Origin: Acidobacteriota bacterium
Lineage (GTDB): Bacteria; Acidobacteriota; Aminicenantia; Aminicenantales; Saccharicenantaceae
Length of the DNA: 64,000 bases
Direction: 5' to 3'
Assembly (NCBI GenBank): GCA_022711665.1
Contig: JAKLEN010000005.1
Coordinates: 130,619-194,618, forward strand
The first letter of the stretch is position 1; every line of letters starts with the position of its first letter. This document shows, one piece after another, positions 57,997 to 64,000 of this stretch. Made by a program: the position numbers and the translations under genes. Under the pieces are notes generated by a model that searched no databases, was not told where the DNA came from, and worked only from the letters and a program-made list of their open reading frames with translations.

Positions 57997-59739
57997 ATGA
58001 GACGAACGGCTTGGGAACGGATTTCGGCCTTGTCGGTCCTGGCCGCGGGCCTGATGACGATGATCGGCGCCGCTTGGGCCGGGCCAGCGGCGGAGGTGTC
58101 GCGCGCCGCGACGCAGACTGTCCTGAAGACACCCGCGGAGCTGGCCGATTATCGCGAATACAGCCAGAACGAGGCCATCGCCGCGTTCCTGAGCGCCCTG
58201 GACGCCGTCTCGGACAACGTCGCCGTCTCGGTCGTCGGACGTTCGCTTGCCTCGGGCACCTACGGCGCCCGCGAGATCTTCCTGGCCGTCCTCAGCGCCA
58301 AGGGCGCGGCCCGGCCCGAAGCGCTCGACCGGACCAAGCTCACGGTCATGATCACGGCGGCCCAGCACGGCAACGAGCAGTCGGCCAAGGAGGCCGTGCT
58401 CCGGCTCGTCCGGGACCTGGCCGCCGGCGAGCTCCGGCCGCTCCTGGACAAGGTCAATGTCCTGGTCATGCCCCAGACGAACCCCTACGGCAACGCCATG
58501 GACGTCCGGGTGAACGAGCTCGACCTGGACATGAACCGCGACCACGTCAAGCTCGAGGCCGAGGGCGTGCGGGCCATCCACCGCGTTTTCCGCCGCTGGA
58601 CGCCCGAGGCGACGCTTGACGTCCACGAGAAGGGCGACGATTATTACCGGGTCTCCATCGGCTGCGTCTCCAACGTCAATATCGGCCGGGACCTGCAGGA
58701 GTATTCGCGCTCGGTCGTCCTGGCCGAGGTCGGGAAGGCCCTGAAGAAAAAGAACGTCGCCTTCCACGAATACCTGGTCACGGAAGACCTCGGGACGGAC
58801 ACCTCGTCGGGGGCGGCCGTTGCGCCGGGGCCGTCCGGTCCGCGCGAGGAGATGAAGCGATTCTCGACGACCGACCTCAACGACGGCCGGAACAGCCTGG
58901 GAATCTTCGAGACGCTGTCCTTCATCCAGGAGGGCGCCTCGCGCCACGACGTCGAAACGCTCGAGGCCCGGACGGCCTGGCAGTACCAGGGACTGCGGGC
59001 CTGGCTCGAATCGGTCGCCGGCCACGCGGCGGAGATCCTGCAGATGGTCCGGCGGGACCGGAGCCGGCTGCTCGAGCGGGCCGCCCTCCGTGGCGCGGCC
59101 GATCCCGTCCATCTGCGCATGAAGTTCGCCCGCGACCCGAAGGAGCCCGAGCTGGCGCTCAAGGCCTTCGAGACCGTTGCCTCGCCCATCCGGGGAGTCC
59201 TCAAGGTCGACAAGAAGGCGGGTGAGCCCCTCACGAACGCCGACGTCGCTCCTTATCCCGGGCCTCGGACCGTCAAGATCGTCGACAAGGTGGTCAAGAA
59301 CTGGTTCCCGAACGTCGAGCCGACGCTCTCGGTCACGCGGCCGCGCGGCTACATCATCCGCCGCGACCGGCTCGACATCATCGAGACCCTGCTCGGCCTC
59401 GGCGTCGAGGTGGGCCTCGTCGACAAGGACGGGACGGCGAGCGCCGAGGCCTATGACGTCAAGGCGATCGAGCCGGCCGGGCTCGATTACCTGGCCCCGA
59501 CGAGGATCGACGTCGCCGCCCGGGCCGTAGAGGTCCCGATCCGCAAGGGAGATTTCTATATCGACTGCGTCCAGCCAGCGGCCAACCTCGTGCCCTGCCT
59601 GCTCGAGCCGCAGTCGGAGTTCGGCCTCATCCGCTATTGGAAGTTCAGGCTCGTGCCCGAGGCCGGCGGCGTCTTCGAGATCCTGCGCTTCACGGGAACG
59701 CCGGGACCGTCCGTCGTCCCCTACAAGCGCTGGCAATAG
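57997..59739 (+). CDS. Zinc carboxypeptidase, peptidase M14 family, secreted
   Basis: Signal peptide. M14 motifs HGNEQS (HxxE), DMNRDH (Asn-Arg), DVHEKG (His). Confidence 0.75.
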   Translation: MRRTAWERISALSVLAAGLMTMIGAAWAGPAAEVSRAATQTVLKTPAELADYREYSQNEAIAAFLSALDAVSDNVAVSVVGRSLASGTYGAREIFLAVLSAKGAARPEALDRTKLTVMITAAQHGNEQSAKEAVLRLVRDLAAGELRPLLDKVNVLVMPQTNPYGNAMDVRVNELDLDMNRDHVKLEAEGVRAIHRVFRRWTPEATLDVHEKGDDYYRVSIGCVSNVNIGRDLQEYSRSVVLAEVGKALKKKNVAFHEYLVTEDLGTDTSSGAAVAPGPSGPREEMKRFSTTDLNDGRNSLGIFETLSFIQEGASRHDVETLEARTAWQYQGLRAWLESVAGHAAEILQMVRRDRSRLLERAALRGAADPVHLRMKFARDPKEPELALKAFETVASPIRGVLKVDKKAGEPLTNADVAPYPGPRTVKIVDKVVKNWFPNVEPTLSVTRPRGYIIRRDRLDIIETLLGLGVEVGLVDKDGTASAEAYDVKAIEPAGLDYLAPTRIDVAARAVEVPIRKGDFYIDCVQPAANLVPCLLEPQSEFGLIRYWKFRLVPEAGGVFEILRFTGTPGPSVVPYKRWQ

Positions 59740-59753
59740 GAGAGCCCGGCGTC

Positions 59754-61487
59754 GTGACTTCTGACGAAGGGACGGGAAGGGCCGGCCGCCTCGCCGCCGC
59801 CTGGACGAAAAGGCTGCCGGCCGACATCCGGGAGAACGCCCGGACGGTCATCCTTAGCTTGGCCGCCGGATTCTCCGCCGTCGCGTTCCTCGTCCTGACC
59901 AATCTCCTCTTCAACAAGACCTACGTGGTCTTCGCTTCGCGCTCCAGGCTCTTCTTCGTCGCGGCCAGCTTCCTGCTGATCATGGCCGTGTCCCTGGCCG
60001 CGGGCCTGTTGCTCAGAACCGTGCCGGAAGCCGCGGGCAGCGGCATCCCCCAGGCCAAGGCGGCGTTCTGGAAGGACCTGGGCTGGATCCCGGCCCGGCC
60101 GGTCGTGGTCAAGTTCGTCGCCGGCATCCTCAGCATCGGAGGCGGCCAGAGCCTGGGACGCGAGGGACCGTCGGTCTTCCTCGGGGCCGGCGTGTCCTCG
60201 AACCTGGCCGGGGCGATGCGGCCTCCCCGGCGCGACCGCCGCGGCGCCGCCATCATCGGCGCTTCGGCCGGGCTGGCCGCCGCCTTCAACACGCCCCTGG
60301 CCGCGATAACCTTCGCCGTCGAGGAGGTCATCGGGGACCTGAACAGCCGCTTCCTCGGCCGCGTGGCGCTGGCTTCGGTCATCGGCGCGCTGGCGGTCCA
60401 GGCCGTCCTCGGCCGCCAGCCGTCCTTTTCCCTGCCGTCGGTCGAGAGCGCGAGCTGGCTGCACTATCTCATCGTTCCGGTCGTCGCCCTCCTGGCGGCC
60501 CTGATCGGCCGGGCCTTCCAGGCTTCGACGCTCCGTTTGTTGGGCCGGGTGACGCGCCAGTCGCGCCTGCCCCGCTGGCTCCTGCCCGTCTTCGGCGGGT
60601 TCGCCACCTGGGTCATCGGCGTTTCCGTGTTCCTGGCGACCGGCAAGCTGGGCGTTTTCGGCCTCGGCTACCGGGACCTTTCGAGCGCTCTGGCCAACAG
60701 CTTCGACTGGCGGATCGCCGGCCTGCTCGTCGCCGCCAAGTTCGTGGCCACGGTGGCCAGCTACGGCTGCGGCGGCTGCGGCGGCATCTTCGCGCCTTCG
60801 CTGTTCTTCGGCGGCATGGCGGGGTGTTTTGTCGGCGGGCTGGCGGGGCTCTTCCTGCCCCTGACGCCGGCCGACCGGATCGTTCTCGCGGCGGTGGGCA
60901 TGAGCGCCTGCCTCGGAGCGATCGTCCGGGCGCCGCTGACCTCGATGCTCATCGTCTTCGAGATGACCCACCAGTTCGTGCTGGTCCCCGGGTTGCTGCT
61001 GGGGGCCGTCGTCAGCCAGGCGGTCGCGCGCCGCGGCGGCCCGCTGAATTTTTACGACGCGCTGCTCGTCATGAACGGGCACGAGCTCCACAAGATCCGT
61101 CCGCCGCTCGACCTCCAGAGCTGGAAGAACCTGCCCGTATCGGCGATCGCCAATCTCCGGCCGGTCTTCGCCGACGATTTGAGCCCCGAAGGCCTGCGGC
61201 AGCTCGTCGACCGCCATCCTTACGCCCATTTCCCGGTCGTGCGCAACGGGGTCCTGGCCGGGCTGGTCGCGAGGAAGGAAATCCTGGCCGCCGCGGCCTC
61301 CGGCGCCGCGCCGGCGATCGGCCCGGCAGTCAAGTGCTATCCCGATCAGACGGTTCGGGAAATCGGCGACAAGTTCATCGGATCGCCGTCGAACATCCTG
61401 GTCGTCGTGGACCGGTCGAACGGGACGGTCGTCGGCATCATCACGCTCCACGACCTCCTCCGGGCCCAGGCGGCCGTGGAATGCTGA
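59754..61487 (+). CDS. ClC-family chloride channel/H+-Cl- antiporter with C-terminal CBS-domain pair
   Basis: GSGIPQ, GREGPSVFLGAG and GIFAPSLFFG selectivity-filter motifs. Two CBS domains at the C-terminus. A GTG at 59754 preceded by AGGAGA was chosen as start (track ORF starts inside the previous gene). Confidence 0.8.
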   Translation: MTSDEGTGRAGRLAAAWTKRLPADIRENARTVILSLAAGFSAVAFLVLTNLLFNKTYVVFASRSRLFFVAASFLLIMAVSLAAGLLLRTVPEAAGSGIPQAKAAFWKDLGWIPARPVVVKFVAGILSIGGGQSLGREGPSVFLGAGVSSNLAGAMRPPRRDRRGAAIIGASAGLAAAFNTPLAAITFAVEEVIGDLNSRFLGRVALASVIGALAVQAVLGRQPSFSLPSVESASWLHYLIVPVVALLAALIGRAFQASTLRLLGRVTRQSRLPRWLLPVFGGFATWVIGVSVFLATGKLGVFGLGYRDLSSALANSFDWRIAGLLVAAKFVATVASYGCGGCGGIFAPSLFFGGMAGCFVGGLAGLFLPLTPADRIVLAAVGMSACLGAIVRAPLTSMLIVFEMTHQFVLVPGLLLGAVVSQAVARRGGPLNFYDALLVMNGHELHKIRPPLDLQSWKNLPVSAIANLRPVFADDLSPEGLRQLVDRHPYAHFPVVRNGVLAGLVARKEILAAAASGAAPAIGPAVKCYPDQTVREIGDKFIGSPSNILVVVDRSNGTVVGIITLHDLLRAQAAVEC

Positions 61488-61505
61488 GGTCGAGGCGGGC
61501 CGGCG

Positions 61506-64000
61506 CTAGCCGAGCCGCCGGATGATCTCCAGCACCTCGGCCGGGGGCTTGGGCCGGCCGAGGAGCTCGCGGGCCTTGAGCCGGTCCTCCCTGCGGCCGA
61601 GCTTTTCCAGGACCAGCCCGCCGCAGTAGCCGTACGGCTGATCTTCGTCCCAGTATCTCAGCGTGTAGTCGCGGATGGATTCCCGCAGGGCCGAGGCCTC
61701 GTCCTTCTCTCCCATCCGGTCGAGGCAGAGCGAGATCAGGTAGTCCTGCATCCGGCTGTCGGGATGAAAGGGGGCGCCGGTGCCGAGCTTCTCCGGGTAG
61801 AGTTTGGAGAGCTCGAAAGCCCGCCGGGCCTCGGCCCAGGCGGCCTTCTTCATGGCTTCGAGGCCGATCCCGACGTGAGCCCGGACATAGAGCCCGTGGA
61901 TGTCGCTCGCGCCTTCATAGGGCAGGGCGGAGACGGCGTCGAGGACGGTCGCGGCCTCATGCGGATCGCCGGCGGCGATCAGGGCCTCGGCCAGGTCGAC
62001 CTGGATCGGGACCTCAGCCGGGAAGTCGGCCGCCGCCTTCCGGGCCGCGCCCAGGGCCTCGGCGGCCTGCCCCTGCCGCAGGCAATGGGCGGTCAGGGCA
62101 TGGCGGGCCCGCCAGGCGGAGGGATCGAGCTCGACCGCCCGCCGGTAGTCCGCGCTGGCGCGCCGCGGGTCGGTCGTCTCGAAGAACGCGCCGCGGGCGA
62201 TGTAGAACGGCGCGAAATCGGCGTTCTCGATCATCTCCAGAAGGTCGCGCGCCTCCTCGAGTCGGCCTTTGGCCCAGTAGATAAGAGCCAGATAATACTT
62301 GGGTTTCCAGTCGGCCGGCCGGGCGGCCAGGGCCCAGGAGAAGACGGCGATCTCCTCCTCGCGGAAGGGGAAGACGAGGAGCGGCGAGGCCGCCGACGCC
62401 TTTTCGAGACAGGCGGCGCTGTCCGAGGGTGCGCTCTGGCGTAAAAGATAGGCCAGGGTATAGAGGACGGTCGTCTGGGCCGGGGCCGCCTTCAGGGCCT
62501 CGACCGCGTCGGCCTCCAGGCCGAGGCGGTGGTAGAACGCGGCCATCTCCAGCCAGGTCTCGTGAGGCAGCTCGTTGCGGATGAGGGCCCGGCAGGCTTC
62601 CAGGTCCCCGGCTTTCCGGCTGCCGAGGTACTTCTCGAAACGGGCCAGGTGATCGAGCGGGTCGACCTGGAGGAGCCAGTCGAGGACGCGGCCGGCGTCG
62701 GACTTGCGGCCGGCCAGGCGGTCGGCCACGGCCAGGACCTCGAGGGCGTTGACGTTCAGGTCGTCGGCGACCAGGGCCTTGAGGGCGTATTCGACGGCGG
62801 CCGGATGGTCCTTCTCGACGAGCGCGATCTCGGCCTGCTGGACCCGGGCCACGGCTTCGAACTGCGGCGAGCGGGCCGCCCAGCCCAGGGCCTCCTTGGC
62901 GTCGACGAGCCGGCCCAGCCGGCGGGCCGCCACGGCGTAGACGTAATTGGCCTCGGGGTCGTACATCGAAACGGACAGGGCTCGGTCGGCCAGGTCCAGG
63001 GCCCGGGCCGGCTCGCCCCGGCGGGTAGTCAGCTCGGCCGCCCGGGCCAGGGCCCGGACGTGGAGGGGCTCTTCGGCCGAGGCGGCCAGGTACTTGTCGA
63101 GGGCCTCGGCCAGGCGCCGCTCCCGCTCGAGGGTGCGGGCCTGAAGATACAGGGCCTCGGCCGAGCCGCCCGACGGCGTGCCGAAATGGAGCGGCCGTTC
63201 GGGCTCGTCGGCTCCGGGCGCGCTGGTGAAGAGAAGCTGGGAGCCGAGCCGGACCTCGAACGGCGCATCGGCCGGCCCGCCGGCCAGGGGAACGCCCTTC
63301 TTCCAGGACTGCTGCGGCCGGAGGGACAGGCGTTCGCGGAAGATCTCGCGGCCGGACGCCGAAACGGACAGGTCGCCGGCCAGGGGCCGGATGGCGAAGA
63401 TGCCGAGGTTCAGCGTCTCCCCGTCGCGGACGGCGCTGAGCGCGGCCTCCGGCGTGGCCCTGGTCAGGGGTCCGATGCCGGAATAGGGGAACCAATGTTC
63501 CTGCCAGCGGTCGGCCGATCCCGGGGCGAAATCGCCGTGATCGGACTGGTTGAGCAGGCGGCCGGCCTGGGGCTCGGTGTACTGGCCGTCCTCGTCGGTC
63601 AGCAGGTCGACCCAGATCCCGCCCGACCGCGAGAGGTCCCAGATCCAGACCTTGCGCCCGGGCATGTCCTCATAGGGCGACCAATGGCCGAAGCCGGCGT
63701 CGGCCTTCTCGTACCAGGCGCCGTAGAAATCGGCGTGCCGGCCGACGGCGAAATAGCTCTTGGAGCCCGGCGTGTCGTTGTTCCGATACCGGGAGAGGTC
63801 CCGGCCGGTCCGGTCGACGGGCCAGGGCTCGAGAGGCACGGAATAGTCGTGGCCGATGAACCAGCGCCCGGGGAAGACGTACCTGAGGTCGTCGGCGGCC
63901 TTGATCGCGGCGCAGGACCAGGCGTAGTAGGACTGGCTGAAGGGCGTCGGGTTGACCCAGAGGGCGTGGGTCTCGAAGGCCGCGCTGTCCTTGGGCAGGG
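61506..64000 (-). CDS. DUF5107-like N-terminal domain protein with C-terminal TPR repeats (5' end outside window)
   Basis: Frame remains open beyond 63839 to the window end (…ETHALWVNPTPFSQSYYAWS…). Multiple TPR repeats in the C-terminal 500 aa. Confidence 0.5.
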   Translation of the reverse strand, partial: LPKDSAAFETHALWVNPTPFSQSYYAWSCAAIKAADDLRYVFPGRWFIGHDYSVPLEPWPVDRTGRDLSRYRNNDTPGSKSYFAVGRHADFYGAWYEKADAGFGHWSPYEDMPGRKVWIWDLSRSGGIWVDLLTDEDGQYTEPQAGRLLNQSDHGDFAPGSADRWQEHWFPYSGIGPLTRATPEAALSAVRDGETLNLGIFAIRPLAGDLSVSASGREIFRERLSLRPQQSWKKGVPLAGGPADAPFEVRLGSQLLFTSAPGADEPERPLHFGTPSGGSAEALYLQARTLERERRLAEALDKYLAASAEEPLHVRALARAAELTTRRGEPARALDLADRALSVSMYDPEANYVYAVAARRLGRLVDAKEALGWAARSPQFEAVARVQQAEIALVEKDHPAAVEYALKALVADDLNVNALEVLAVADRLAGRKSDAGRVLDWLLQVDPLDHLARFEKYLGSRKAGDLEACRALIRNELPHETWLEMAAFYHRLGLEADAVEALKAAPAQTTVLYTLAYLLRQSAPSDSAACLEKASAASPLLVFPFREEEIAVFSWALAARPADWKPKYYLALIYWAKGRLEEARDLLEMIENADFAPFYIARGAFFETTDPRRASADYRRAVELDPSAWRARHALTAHCLRQGQAAEALGAARKAAADFPAEVPIQVDLAEALIAAGDPHEAATVLDAVSALPYEGASDIHGLYVRAHVGIGLEAMKKAAWAEARRAFELSKLYPEKLGTGAPFHPDSRMQDYLISLCLDRMGEKDEASALRESIRDYTLRYWDEDQPYGYCGGLVLEKLGRREDRLKARELLGRPKPPAEVLEIIRRLG

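Overview
High-GC (~68-70%) bacterial chromosomal segment. It is probably from an uncultivated Gram-negative lineage rich in peptidases and TPR proteins (outer-membrane protein, Lgt/LspA, many secreted peptidases). Frequent GTG/TTG starts and ATGA-type start/stop overlaps occur throughout. Recognisable housekeeping genes include metK, a Hanks-type Ser/Thr kinase, nadC-nadB, ileS-lspA-lgt-rluD, an EF-G paralogue, tldD/pmbA, a tricorn-like protease, M3/M14/M28 peptidases, a ClC channel and an MFS transporter. The main feature is a composite defence island (~14.7-31.4 kb). Its core is a sharply AT-richer (~42-45% GC) ~9.7-kb insertion carrying a co-directional, overlapping operon: GHKL-type ATPase, Z1-domain P-loop NTPase, PD-(D/E)XK nuclease, AIPR protein and a Dcm-type C5 cytosine methyltransferase, with a convergent Vsr endonuclease. 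As far as I can tell this is an experimentally uncharacterised methylation-coupled defence module. Immediately upstream is a fused XRE-HTH/ImmA(IrrE)-family metallopeptidase regulator (CapH/CapP-like). Downstream are a NERD protein, a COG3440-like HNH candidate type IV endonuclease, a macro-domain protein, a ParE/RelE toxin-antitoxin pair and a Pif1-like helicase fused to a WYL domain. Other features are two long palindromic hairpins sharing a GGGGTCAAACCTA core around an OMP gene, several bidirectional terminators, a repeat-rich 230-nt intergenic element, and consensus-like sigma70 promoters that stand out in the GC-rich background. No rRNA, tRNA, CRISPR array, integrase or transposase was detected. 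Coordinates of motifs located by hand (hairpins, promoter hexamers, internal start codons) may be off by 1-2 nt. Many long ORFs in the track are antisense or alternate-frame artefacts of high-GC DNA and were not called.
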